In this document: piece by piece, positions 31,015 to 40,349 of the stretch
How the letters are laid out: the number at the start of each line of letters is the position of its first letter
How positions within the stretch are numbered: the first letter of the stretch is position 1
Assembly (NCBI GenBank): GCA_963755125.1
Contig: CAVWIP010000015.1
Coordinates: forward strand, 288,001-352,000
DNA: 64,000 bases
Direction: 5' to 3'
Source of the DNA: an uncultured delta proteobacterium
Lineage (GTDB): Bacteria; Myxococcota_A; Polyangia; Fen-1088
The notes under the pieces: generated by a model
Seen by the model: only the letters and a program-made list of their open reading frames with translations
Databases searched by the model: none
Told to the model about the DNA's origin: nothing
Made by a program: the position numbers and the translations under genes

Positions 31015-34000
31015 CTAGTTGGATTCGCGAACATCGGCTGATGCCGGAAGGAGGGGTCGATTTAGCGCACCCTGTCCCTCGATGAAGCGTTCCAGCGCCG
31101 CCACCGCTTTCGCGCAACTCGCGTTGGCGTAGTACGAGCGGCCCAAATAGTAGAGCAGTTCGGGCCGTCGCTTGACGTACTCGGGGTTGTCGGCCAAGGG
31201 CTTCAGCTCGTCGATGGCGTCGCCGTAGAACTCGGCCTTGTACTCGAGCACGCCGGTAAGCAGTGCGACGTCTTTGCCCAGCTTGCCGCCCCATGTCTCC
31301 TCGGGCCAGTCGTCGACGACTTTGAAAGCGCTGGCGAACTTGTTCTTGTCCACCAGCGCGACCATTTGCTGGTAATCCGCGCGCACGCGCTCGGCCACCG
31401 CAGGCGACAATCCCGGCGGCGGCACCGGCGCTTGCAGACCGTCCTCCGGGGCGAGCGCGATCTCGGGATCGCGATCTTCGCGCGTGGCGACCAGATCGAG
31501 CAGCAGGCGGGTGTGCGCCACCTCGGGGCCTCTCCCCGCAGCCTCGGCCCGGCGCTGCCACAGGTGGGCCTCGCGCGCCTTGCCGTGACCGAGCAGGCTG
31601 CGCGCCAGCCGCGCCATGGCCTCCGCGCGGTCAGGGCCGTCGTAGCCCGCCACCAGCTCGCTCAGGCGGCCGTAGGGCCACATCGGGCCGTAGATCTTGG
31701 CCAGGTAGGGATCGAACTTGGCGTAGCCCAAAAGATCGCGCGGGGCCGCAAACTCGATGAGCGCGTTGTCGTCGGTGTTGACCGCCGCGCCGGCGGTGAA
31801 CGAACGCAGTTCTTCGGGCCCGAGGAGCAGGAACGCGGGCACGTCGTGCGGCGAAGCGAAGCCGGCCCGCTTGGCCTCGGCCGCCGTGATGGGGTTTTCA
31901 AAGGCGCGCGCGATCCGGCGCACGTCCAGATCGATGGGGTGGCGGCTGGCGATCAGGATGGTGTCGGACGACAAGTCCTCGGCGGCGAACACCATCACAT
32001 AGGGAAATTCCTCGGCCAGCGTGCGGTAGATGGCCTTGATGTTCCAGGGGGCCATCTCGTAGAGCTGCGCCCACTGACAGAAGATGCCGTCCTCGCGCAG
32101 GCGTGCCTTGATGTCTTGAAAATACTCGCGGGTGAACAGGTTGGAAACGCCGGTGATCCATGGATTGGACGGCTGGCTGATGATGACGTCGAACTTGTCG
32201 CTGCGCTGGCTGAGAAAATTGCGTCCGTCGCCGGCCAGGGCGCGCACCTTGGGATTTTGCAAGGGGCGCTGATTGACACTGTCGAAGAAGTGCGATGCTT
32301 CGTAGATGGCCGGCTCCAGTTCCACGACCTCCAGCGAGGCGATGGGGTACTGGGTGACGGCACCGGCGGTGACGCCCGAGCCGAACCCGACCAGCGCGAC
32401 TTTGGGTGGATGATCGTTCTGGTAGAGCAGGAGCGGCAGAAGGCCCACGCTGATCTGGGTCGGCATGTCGGCGTCGTTGGAGGCGTCGACCTTGCCGTTG
32501 TTCTTCAGGGAGAACACCTTGCCCCACTGGTCGACCGATACGGTCGTGGCGATGCCGTCCTTGTAGTAGACCAGCTTGGGCATTTGCCATTTCTTCTTCT
32601 GATGGTGGTGCTCGACCATCTCGATGTAGTCGCGCGCCATGGACACGCGAAAGAAGCCGATGGAGAAATCGGTGAGGTTCCAGCGCGGCAGGGCCAGGGC
32701 CAGCAGGGCCATGCCAGCCGCGCCGGCCATTCCGAGGATGCGGCGTGAAGGCGCGAGGTTGCTGCAGACCGCGAAGAGCAGTGCCGCCAGCCCCAGATCG
32801 AGCACCGCCGAGACGTAGATGCCCTTCTGCAATCCGAGCTGGGGCAGCACCACGAACCCCGACAGGAAGGACCCCACGATGGCGCCCACCGTGTTGAGCG
32901 CGTAGGCCGAGCCCACGTCGCGGCCCACCCGACCCAGACTCGCGGTCACCGCCCGCACGGTGATTGGGAAGATGGCACCCATGAGGAAGGTCGAGGGCAG
33001 CACCGCGATGCAGGCCAGGGTGAACTGGCACACCAGAACCGCGTCGGCCGTGATCGACGTCGACGACAGCAGATAGGTGAAGACGTAGGGCAGGCGGTCG
33101 GTGACCAGATAGGAGAGTCCGATGGCTGCGACGATGCCCAAGTGGACCAGGGCCAGACTGCGCACGGGATCGCGAAATCGCTGCGCCAGCCGGCCGAAGG
33201 CCGCGGAGCCGGCCCCCAGGCCGATGAGGAAGGCCAGCAGGATGATGGTGAAGGAAAAGATCGACGAGCCGATGATGACCGCCAGGGCGCGCGTCCAGAG
33301 TACCTGCAGGGTCATGGCCGTGGCGCCCGACACGGCGAAGGCGAAAAGAACCGCGCGCCGGGCCGCCGGCGTGATGACGGGCAGGCTCGCCTCGGCCGGC
33401 TTGGCCTGGGCGGCGAGTTCGTCGAGGCTGGGACCTTTGGGAGTCGTTGTCCAGTGGCGGCTGAAACGCTGGGCGATCAGGATGGCGGCGGCCAGCGACA
33501 GATCGAAACTGGCGGCCAGAAAGTTGGTGCTGCGCACTCCGATGAGCGGCAGCGAGATGAACCCGGCCAGAAAGGATCCACTCACGCCCCCGAAGATGTT
33601 CACCGCGTAGAGCGTGCCGAGGCGCAGGCTCACGCGGCCGAACTCGAACGGACGCGACACGAAGTAGCGAGCCAGCAAGGGCAGGGTCGCGCCCATGAGC
33701 GTGGTCGGCACGATGAGCAGCGCGGCCGAGGCCGCGAAGCGCAGCAAAGAGAGCAGGGTGTAGCGATCGCCGAAGGCGGCCCACAGCCAATGGTTGAGCC
33801 CCGGGTAGAAGTGGATCAGCCAGGGCACGGCCAAGGCGTAGAGCCCGATGGCGGCCTCGGCCAGGGCATAGGCGCGCACCGAGTTCTTGATGCGATCCGC
33901 GACCTTGCCCGCCAGGTACGAACCGAGGCCCAGCCCGCCCATGTAAGTGGCCAGGACTGTCGACACGGCGAGAGCGGTGGACCCGAATACCAGGGTCAAC

Positions 34001-34077
34001 ATGCGCGTCCATAGCAGTTCCAGGATGAGCCCCGACGCCCCTGACAGGAAGAAGCAGCAGAGAACGACGGTTGGCAT
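31015..34077 (-). CDS. Fused multi-TM / spermidine-synthase-like protein with C-terminal TPR-like region
   Basis: FFLSGASGLILELLW repeated TM halves; GFGSGVT, VVELEP, DGRNFL, FDVIISQPSNPW, NTDDN; LLYYLGRSYY. Confidence 0.9.
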   Translation of the reverse strand: MPTVVLCCFFLSGASGLILELLWTRMLTLVFGSTALAVSTVLATYMGGLGLGSYLAGKVADRIKNSVRAYALAEAAIGLYALAVPWLIHFYPGLNHWLWAAFGDRYTLLSLLRFAASAALLIVPTTLMGATLPLLARYFVSRPFEFGRVSLRLGTLYAVNIFGGVSGSFLAGFISLPLIGVRSTNFLAASFDLSLAAAILIAQRFSRHWTTTPKGPSLDELAAQAKPAEASLPVITPAARRAVLFAFAVSGATAMTLQVLWTRALAVIIGSSIFSFTIILLAFLIGLGAGSAAFGRLAQRFRDPVRSLALVHLGIVAAIGLSYLVTDRLPYVFTYLLSSTSITADAVLVCQFTLACIAVLPSTFLMGAIFPITVRAVTASLGRVGRDVGSAYALNTVGAIVGSFLSGFVVLPQLGLQKGIYVSAVLDLGLAALLFAVCSNLAPSRRILGMAGAAGMALLALALPRWNLTDFSIGFFRVSMARDYIEMVEHHHQKKKWQMPKLVYYKDGIATTVSVDQWGKVFSLKNNGKVDASNDADMPTQISVGLLPLLLYQNDHPPKVALVGFGSGVTAGAVTQYPIASLEVVELEPAIYEASHFFDSVNQRPLQNPKVRALAGDGRNFLSQRSDKFDVIISQPSNPWITGVSNLFTREYFQDIKARLREDGIFCQWAQLYEMAPWNIKAIYRTLAEEFPYVMVFAAEDLSSDTILIASRHPIDLDVRRIARAFENPITAAEAKRAGFASPHDVPAFLLLGPEELRSFTAGAAVNTDDNALIEFAAPRDLLGYAKFDPYLAKIYGPMWPYGRLSELVAGYDGPDRAEAMARLARSLLGHGKAREAHLWQRRAEAAGRGPEVAHTRLLLDLVATREDRDPEIALAPEDGLQAPVPPPGLSPAVAERVRADYQQMVALVDKNKFASAFKVVDDWPEETWGGKLGKDVALLTGVLEYKAEFYGDAIDELKPLADNPEYVKRRPELLYYLGRSYYANASCAKAVAALERFIEGQGALNRPLLPASADVRESN

Positions 34078-34176
34078 TCGGCGAGGGTCTTTCTAGCCCG
34101 GCCTGTCCGCTATTCCAACGGTCGCCAGCACGGCTTTTTTCAACTTGGCGGCCCGCGATGGTATCGTAGTCCCCCG

Positions 34177-34914
34177 ATGCGTTACGGTATCCTCTCGGAC
34201 ACCCACGCCAACATCGAGGCGCTGGAAGCCGTCGTGAAGGCGTACGAGTCGGAGACGATCGACAAGTTCATATGCCTGGGCGATACCGTGGGCTACGGCG
34301 CGAGCCCCAATGAAGCCTGCACGCTGATGCGCTCGCATGTGGCGCAGGCGGTGCTGGGCAATCATGATGCGGCGGTGGCGGGACGCATGGACTATTCCTA
34401 CTACTACTATGCCGCCCGTCAGGCGCTGGACAAGCACGCGCAGCTTCTCGAAACGGCGAACATGGAGTGGCTGAAGGGCCTGCCCTACGACTATCGGGAA
34501 GACGGCATCCTCTTTTGCCACGGGTCGCCGATCAACATCCGCGAATTCGACTACATCTTCGCGCGCGACCAGGCCGCGCAGTGCATGGCCATCTGGGATG
34601 AGCTTCCCCCGCTCACCGTGATCGGGCATTCCCATCTGTGCAAGTCGTTCGCCATCAACCCCGACCACCCCGGCGCGCAGGAGGTGGTCACGCTCAAGTT
34701 CGAACTGCGCGAAGGCTGGAAGTACATCATCAGCGTGGGCTCGGTGGGCCAGCCGCGGGATTTCGATCCGCGCGCCAGCTACACCATCTTCGACACGGCC
34801 ACGCGGACCTTCGAGTTCAAGCGCGTGGAATACGACACCAAGGCGGCCGCAGCGAAGATCCTGGCCTCGGACCTGGAACCGAACTTCGGCACGCGTCTGT
34901 TCCTGGGGATCTAG
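34177..34914 (+). CDS. Calcineurin-like metallophosphoesterase
   Basis: SDTHAN, LGDTVGYG, GNHD, HGSP, GHSH, GSVGQPRD. Confidence 0.93.
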   Translation: MRYGILSDTHANIEALEAVVKAYESETIDKFICLGDTVGYGASPNEACTLMRSHVAQAVLGNHDAAVAGRMDYSYYYYAARQALDKHAQLLETANMEWLKGLPYDYREDGILFCHGSPINIREFDYIFARDQAAQCMAIWDELPPLTVIGHSHLCKSFAINPDHPGAQEVVTLKFELREGWKYIISVGSVGQPRDFDPRASYTIFDTATRTFEFKRVEYDTKAAAAKILASDLEPNFGTRLFLGI

Positions 34915-34919
34915 CTTTC

Positions 34920-36326
34920 TTAGTTCTTGGTCACGTCGACGCCGGCGACACGGGTCAGGCTGGCTACGGCAATGTTGGTGTCGTAGAGAGCCTGCAGGCA
35001 GCGCGAGTGGGCCTGGAAAAAAGCCAGCAGCGCATCGGAGAAGTCCTTGGTTTCGGCCAGTCCCACCGAGATGTTCTGCATGATGGCCGCGATCCATTGC
35101 CGCGAGGCCTTCTCGCCCTTCTGTACGGTCTTGAGCCGCTGATCGGCTTCCTTCATTTCGGTATAGGCCTTCTCCACCTCGAAGCCGATTCCGCCCAGGG
35201 CCTCGTTGCGCCGCAATTCGGCTTCTCGGGCCTCCGCGCGCAGCCGCTGGGCGTGCGCGTTCTTCACGAAGAGATCGAGCGGCATGCGTAGCGCGGCCGC
35301 CACGCCCACGCCAGAGGTATTGAAGGGGTTGTTGGCAAAAGCGTTGTTCGGGTGATCGATCGAGCTGGCGTAGGCGTAGGTGGCGGTTCCCACCACCACC
35401 AGGTCAGGATACTGGCGGCGCCATTCCAGGTCGGCCAGGGCGCGCTTGGCCGCGACCATCTGGTCAAGCGCCTTGACCTCGGGGCGATGGGAGCGCGCCA
35501 GATCATCGTACGAGGTGAGTTCGCGCGTCGGCACCGCCAGCGCTTCCAGCGGCGCATCGTCCACGTCAAGGTCGGCCGGCGCGCTTGGCCCGATGAGCGT
35601 GCGCAGGCCAGCCTTGGCCAGATCAGCCCCGCGCCGCGCTTCCAGCACGCGCGCCTCGATGTCCGCGCGCATGGTGCGCAAGCGCAGGCGGTCGGTCACC
35701 GATGCGTTGCCCGAGCCATCGGCCAGCTCCTCTTCGATCTTCTTCTGGGCGTCGTTCAGATACTCCAGGCCCTCGTCGAGCATGCTCAGCAGCTCGCGCG
35801 CCAGCTTGGCGCCCCAGTACGCCTTGCGAACGTTCAGTTCCACGTCGGCCACCTGACCCGATTCTTTGCTTCGCGAGGCCTCCACGCCCAATTCGGCTGC
35901 GTTGACCCCGGCCGAGATCTTGCCGAAGGTGTAGATGGGCTGAACCAGTCTGAGATCGGTGCGCGTGAATACGCCGCGCAGTTTGGTGATGGCGTCGAAG
36001 GTCTGCGAATTCTCAAAGTAGAAATTCGTGTGCGCGCAGCTATCAGTGCCGTCCGAGCTGGGAAAGCATTGGATTCTCGGAACTGGCGCGACCGTTGACG
36101 ATAGGTCGCCGGTGGGCAAGTAACTCCGGTGCGCTTCCAACGCTTGCGCCTCGATACCCACGGTGACTTGCGCGTTGGCGGCCAGGCCAGGGTTTCCCCT
36201 TCTGGCCATGTCGAGCAGCTCGTCGAGCTTGTAGGCCTTTGCCTGGGCGGCGCCAGCCAGAAGCAGGCTGGTGCTTGCGCAAAGACAAGCGGCAAGAGCA
36301 GAACCAGAGAAACGATGTGTTTTCAT
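34920..36326 (-). CDS. TolC-family outer membrane protein
   Basis: Signal peptide from MKTHRF (36326), QPIYTFGKI, OEP-like helices. Confidence 0.87.
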   Translation of the reverse strand: MKTHRFSGSALAACLCASTSLLLAGAAQAKAYKLDELLDMARRGNPGLAANAQVTVGIEAQALEAHRSYLPTGDLSSTVAPVPRIQCFPSSDGTDSCAHTNFYFENSQTFDAITKLRGVFTRTDLRLVQPIYTFGKISAGVNAAELGVEASRSKESGQVADVELNVRKAYWGAKLARELLSMLDEGLEYLNDAQKKIEEELADGSGNASVTDRLRLRTMRADIEARVLEARRGADLAKAGLRTLIGPSAPADLDVDDAPLEALAVPTRELTSYDDLARSHRPEVKALDQMVAAKRALADLEWRRQYPDLVVVGTATYAYASSIDHPNNAFANNPFNTSGVGVAAALRMPLDLFVKNAHAQRLRAEAREAELRRNEALGGIGFEVEKAYTEMKEADQRLKTVQKGEKASRQWIAAIMQNISVGLAETKDFSDALLAFFQAHSRCLQALYDTNIAVASLTRVAGVDVTKN

Positions 36327-36462
36327 GGCGGTCACAGAAGGTCGGCGGGTTTGACCTGGGCCGAGGCGCATGCTACCGCAAACCGCGTGTGGACAGTCAA
36401 GAGTTGGCGGTCCGCAGCGCCAAAGTTCTTGTCGGGTAATCCCGAGCGCTCGTGGAACTGCA

Positions 36463-37449
36463 ATGTGCCCGTCTGAAACCCAAGACCCGTCTGCCGTGAA
36501 AGAGGCCGTCGCGCAGGTCGACCTGGGCGGGATCGCGATCCTTCGCTGTACCGGCGAGGATCGGATCGGCTTTCTGCAAAGGTTGACCACGGGCAGCGTA
36601 CAGGGCGTGGGCGTCGGGGCGGGCTGCCATTCGCTTCTGCTCGACAGCAAGGGTCACGTGATGGGCGATCTGCGCCTGTGCGCCAGAGCCGACGAGGTGC
36701 GCTTGGTGGTGGCCGCGGCAGCGGGGCAGGGGATTGCCGCCGCCCTGACACGCTATGCGGTCATGGATGACTTTGCCGTCGCCGTGGAGCCGGACAGCGC
36801 GATGGACGCACTTCGTGGACCAGGGGCGGCCGAGGCGCTCCGCGCGGTCGGCGTCTCGATGCCCGACGACTTCGCGGCCTGGCCCCTGTGGTCGCACGCG
36901 GACGCGGCCAGCCCGTTCGGTTCGCTGTGGCTGGTGCGCAGCCACGCCCTGGGCAGCGACGGGCTGTGGGTTTTTGGCGCGACGGCAGTTGTTTTCGCGC
37001 TGGCCGCAGCCCTGGACCTGGCCGGCGTGCCGGTCCTGGCGCCCGAGGTGGCGGAAGCCCTGCGCATCCAGGCGGGCGAGCCGCGCTTCGGCGCCGAGAT
37101 CACCGGTGACGCCCTTCCCATGGAACTGGGCCTGGCAAGCGCCATCGATCACAAGAAGGGCTGCTATCTCGGGCAGGAAACCATCGCACGCGTGCGCGAC
37201 CGGGGGCTGGTACGGCGCCGATTGGCCACCCTGCGCCTGCACCGCGACGGGATGCCCGCTGCCGGCGACGCCATCGCCTCCGAGCAGAATCCTGCGGGAC
37301 ACGTAACCAGCGCTGCCCGCGTTCCCGGCCAGGCTGCCGTGGCGCTTGCCTTGCTGGCCTCGTCCGTGCCGGTCGGGGCCGAGGTTCGCATCAGCCACGG
37401 CTCGGAAACCCTGCTGGCCGAGGTCATCTTTGACCAGCCGGTCTGGTGA
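36463..37449 (+). CDS. ygfZ: YgfZ folate-binding Fe-S maturation protein
   Basis: KKGCYLGQE signature, GEDRIGFLQRLTT; start uncertain. Confidence 0.88.
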   Translation: MCPSETQDPSAVKEAVAQVDLGGIAILRCTGEDRIGFLQRLTTGSVQGVGVGAGCHSLLLDSKGHVMGDLRLCARADEVRLVVAAAAGQGIAAALTRYAVMDDFAVAVEPDSAMDALRGPGAAEALRAVGVSMPDDFAAWPLWSHADAASPFGSLWLVRSHALGSDGLWVFGATAVVFALAAALDLAGVPVLAPEVAEALRIQAGEPRFGAEITGDALPMELGLASAIDHKKGCYLGQETIARVRDRGLVRRRLATLRLHRDGMPAAGDAIASEQNPAGHVTSAARVPGQAAVALALLASSVPVGAEVRISHGSETLLAEVIFDQPVW

Positions 37450-37471
37450 CTTTCCGCGGCTAGGATTCGGC

Positions 37472-37498
37472 TGTAAGGTAGTAGAGGGTCGGGGCACC
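37472..37498 (+). promoter_or_regulatory. Candidate ECF promoter, copy 1
   Basis: TGTAAGGT...TCGGGGCAC, shared with 40314-40340. Confidence 0.5.
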
Positions 37499-37512
37499 AG
37501 AGTCTTGGTCTG

Positions 37513-38097
37513 ATGGCGCATAACTCGCTTTTCGACGGCAGTGGCGTGGCGGCAACGCCCGCCGCCAGCGATCGGGAACATCTGCTGGACACCCTTGACC
37601 AGCTCTACGAGACCTACGAGCCGTCAGTCGAGCGCTGGGTGCGGCGCCTGGCCGGCCCAGGCGCCGAGGTTGAAGATCTGGTTCACGACGTCTTCCTGGT
37701 CGCCCTGCGGCGGCGGCACGAGTTCCGCGGCGATGCCAAGGTTTCGACCTGGCTGTTTCGCATCACCGACCTGATCGTGCGCAAGCGGCGCTTCCGCCGA
37801 CGCTTGCGCAATTTTCTCAACCTCGCCTTTCGCGACAACACGACGGCGCTTGCGCCTGCCAGCCCCACGCCGCTCGAAGAACTGGAGCGGCGACAGCAGT
37901 GTGCGCGTCTCTATGCCGCGTTGGATCGCCTGCCCGAGAAGTACCGCACGCCCGTCATCCTGTTCGACATCGACGGCCGTTCAGCCGGCGAAGTGGCAGC
38001 GTTGCTTGGAATCAAGGCCAACACCGTCTGGGTACGGGTGCACCGGGCGCGGGAACGGCTTTTCGATGACCTGTCCGCCGGAGGCAACATCCCATGA
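37513..38097 (+). CDS. ECF-type RNA polymerase sigma factor
   Basis: VEDLVHDVF, STWLFRI, ALDRLPEKYR, NTVWVRVHRAR. Confidence 0.94.
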   Translation: MAHNSLFDGSGVAATPAASDREHLLDTLDQLYETYEPSVERWVRRLAGPGAEVEDLVHDVFLVALRRRHEFRGDAKVSTWLFRITDLIVRKRRFRRRLRNFLNLAFRDNTTALAPASPTPLEELERRQQCARLYAALDRLPEKYRTPVILFDIDGRSAGEVAALLGIKANTVWVRVHRARERLFDDLSAGGNIP

Positions 38098-39383
38098 GGA
38101 GTGAAAGCAAGACGGCCGAGTCAGCGACGGACCGGCACCTGGGTCCGCTCGCATCCCTCGTGCGCGCTACTGAGCCGCTGGAGCAACTGAGCGCAGTCGA
38201 GCGCGAGCGAATCAAACACCGACTGCGATGCGCCTTTCTGCCCAGTCATCGTCCGGCGACACGCTTGCGTTTGTCGACGGTACTCGCAGCCCTGGGCCTG
38301 CTGCTGGCAGGCGGTGCGGTGTTTGCGGCGGCAGGCCACTTCGGGCTCATCCCCTGGCCGCGCGAAGCTGGACCACGGGACGCCAGCGAGCAGGGAGCTG
38401 GCCAGGCGCGGCGGCGCGCGTTGCGACCAGCCCGGCCCAAGTCTGCCGTCGCATCCACGCCAGTCGCGACGGCCAACCAGATGGGAGCGCCACAGGAGAC
38501 GATGGAGGTCGCGGCGCAGGCACCCGCGCCGCTGCTTGCGGCCGAGCCTGCCCTGTCGCCGCCTTCACCCGCGCCGGTCGTTGCGATGAGGACAGGTCGC
38601 TCTGTGGCCATGGTGGCGCCTGCCACAGCCAGCCCGCGTATCGTCCGTGCGTCGCACGTCCCGCCGACTCCAGCGTCTGCGCCAGGCGCCGCGACGAACG
38701 GGCAGGCCGGCGAGGCGTTGCACAGTCCACGCAACGAGATGTTGGCGGTTGCGCCGCCGCCTGTTGTCTCGTCTGTCCCGGGACCGTCTTACTCCGGTCC
38801 TGCTGCCACGCCTGGGGCAGGTCTGGCCATGTTGGCGCCGGCCGCGTCCAGCCCGCGGGTCGCCCGTGCGTCGTCGCCATCCGCGCCTGGCGCCGCAGGC
38901 AACGGGCAGGCCATGCTCGGCCAGGCCATGCGGAGCCTGCGCAACGACCGCGATCCGGCCGGCGCGCTCGAGATCTTGACCAGGCACGCGGCCTTGTTCC
39001 CGCAGAGCCCGCTGGCCAGCGAGCGCTCCGTGCTGGAGGTCGAGGCCCTGCTGGCCCTGGGGCGCAACGACGAGGCGCTGATTCACCTCGATGCGATGTC
39101 GCTCGACAACACCCCACGCAGCGCTGAACGCTATGTGGTGCGGGGTGAACTGCGCGCGCGTGCGCAGCGCTGGCCCGAGGCCGGTGCGGATTTTGACCGG
39201 GCTCTGGCTCACGGCAGAGGCGCCTCGCCTTGGCAGGAGCGCGCCCTGTGGGGCCGCGCCGTGACCCGCACTCAAGCCGGGGACCAGGCGGGTGCCCGCG
39301 CTGACTTGCAACTCTACTTGCAGATCTACCCGGCAGGCCGTTTCGCATCCGAGGCAGCGCGTCTGCTGGCAGCCGCACAATGA
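38094..39383 (+). CDS. Putative single-TM anti-sigma factor with Pro/Ala linker and C-terminal TPR-like domain
   Basis: ATGA overlap with the sigma gene; one TM helix; YLQIYPAGRFASEA ending. Confidence 0.75.
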   Translation: MRSESKTAESATDRHLGPLASLVRATEPLEQLSAVERERIKHRLRCAFLPSHRPATRLRLSTVLAALGLLLAGGAVFAAAGHFGLIPWPREAGPRDASEQGAGQARRRALRPARPKSAVASTPVATANQMGAPQETMEVAAQAPAPLLAAEPALSPPSPAPVVAMRTGRSVAMVAPATASPRIVRASHVPPTPASAPGAATNGQAGEALHSPRNEMLAVAPPPVVSSVPGPSYSGPAATPGAGLAMLAPAASSPRVARASSPSAPGAAGNGQAMLGQAMRSLRNDRDPAGALEILTRHAALFPQSPLASERSVLEVEALLALGRNDEALIHLDAMSLDNTPRSAERYVVRGELRARAQRWPEAGADFDRALAHGRGASPWQERALWGRAVTRTQAGDQAGARADLQLYLQIYPAGRFASEAARLLAAAQ

Positions 39384-40306
39384 GGCGAGCCACCTGCGCG
39401 GTGGCGCTTGGCGCGGTATGTTCGGTGGCGATCCCTGTTTCGGCGGCGCCGCTTGTCACCAGCGATTCGGATTGCCCTTCGGCGGCCGAGGTTACGAATC
39501 GCCTGGCGGGCCTGTGGTCCGGGGACAATCCGGTCTCCGCCACAGCTCATGTTCGCGTCGAGGCTGGGCGGATGGCCGTGGACCTGGCCAGCGAGAGCGA
39601 GCCTGCGACCAGTCGGATTCTGCCCGCCGAGCCTGACTGCGAGTCGCGCGCCCAGGCCGCAGCCCTGGTCATCGCGGCCTGGCTCGACAGCATGCCAGCG
39701 GATCCCCTCGGCCGGGTCGAGTCGGTCGCCGTGCTGTCGGTCGCCCCGGCCAGCTTGCGAGCGCCGACCGCGGAGAAGCCCTTGCCGGCACAGCCGCGGT
39801 TCTCATTGGGTGTGGCTGCCTTGGCGTCTGTCGACGCGCGGGGCGCCGGCGCTGTCCTGTCAGGCGAGGCCGCGTGGGCGCGGCTGGCCGGCCGGTTCGG
39901 CCTGGCGTCCGGGCTTTCCGTTCCGCTCCCTCGCGAGATGGGCGTGGGTCAGGGGACCGCGCGCTGGTGGCGGCCGGTGCTTGCGTTGGCTGTGCGCGCT
40001 CCGTTGACCCAGGGCGCATGGGTTGTGGACGGAGGCATCGGACCTGCGTTCGGACTGCTCGTGGTCGCTGGCAGCGGTTATCACCCGGACAACACCGATG
40101 TGGCCGTGTCCTGGGGAGCAACCGCTGGTCTTCGCCTGGCCCACAGGAGCAGCAAGTGGGCCTATTGGGCCGAACTGCGCACTGTACTGTGGCCAGCCGC
40201 ACAGAACATTCGGAGCGACGTGGAGGGCAGCAACACGCCCAAACTCGCGGCTTTGCCGCGCATCGAGGCCCAGCTTGGCCTGGGCTTCAGTTTCGGCCTC
40301 TTTTGA
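39380..40306 (+). CDS. Secreted or outer-membrane protein with probable C-terminal beta-barrel
   Basis: Signal peptide, CPSAAEV...CESRAQAAALVIA, alternating beta strands, terminal Phe. Confidence 0.75.
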   Translation: MRRATCAVALGAVCSVAIPVSAAPLVTSDSDCPSAAEVTNRLAGLWSGDNPVSATAHVRVEAGRMAVDLASESEPATSRILPAEPDCESRAQAAALVIAAWLDSMPADPLGRVESVAVLSVAPASLRAPTAEKPLPAQPRFSLGVAALASVDARGAGAVLSGEAAWARLAGRFGLASGLSVPLPREMGVGQGTARWWRPVLALAVRAPLTQGAWVVDGGIGPAFGLLVVAGSGYHPDNTDVAVSWGATAGLRLAHRSSKWAYWAELRTVLWPAAQNIRSDVEGSNTPKLAALPRIEAQLGLGFSFGLF

Positions 40307-40313
40307 CGTTGGT

Positions 40314-40340
40314 TGTAAGGTCGATCGGCAATCGGGGACA
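40314..40340 (+). promoter_or_regulatory. Candidate ECF promoter, copy 2
   Basis: TGTAAGGT...TCGGGGAC upstream of the AGGAAGG RBS. Confidence 0.5.
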
Positions 40341-40349
40341 AGGAAGGTC

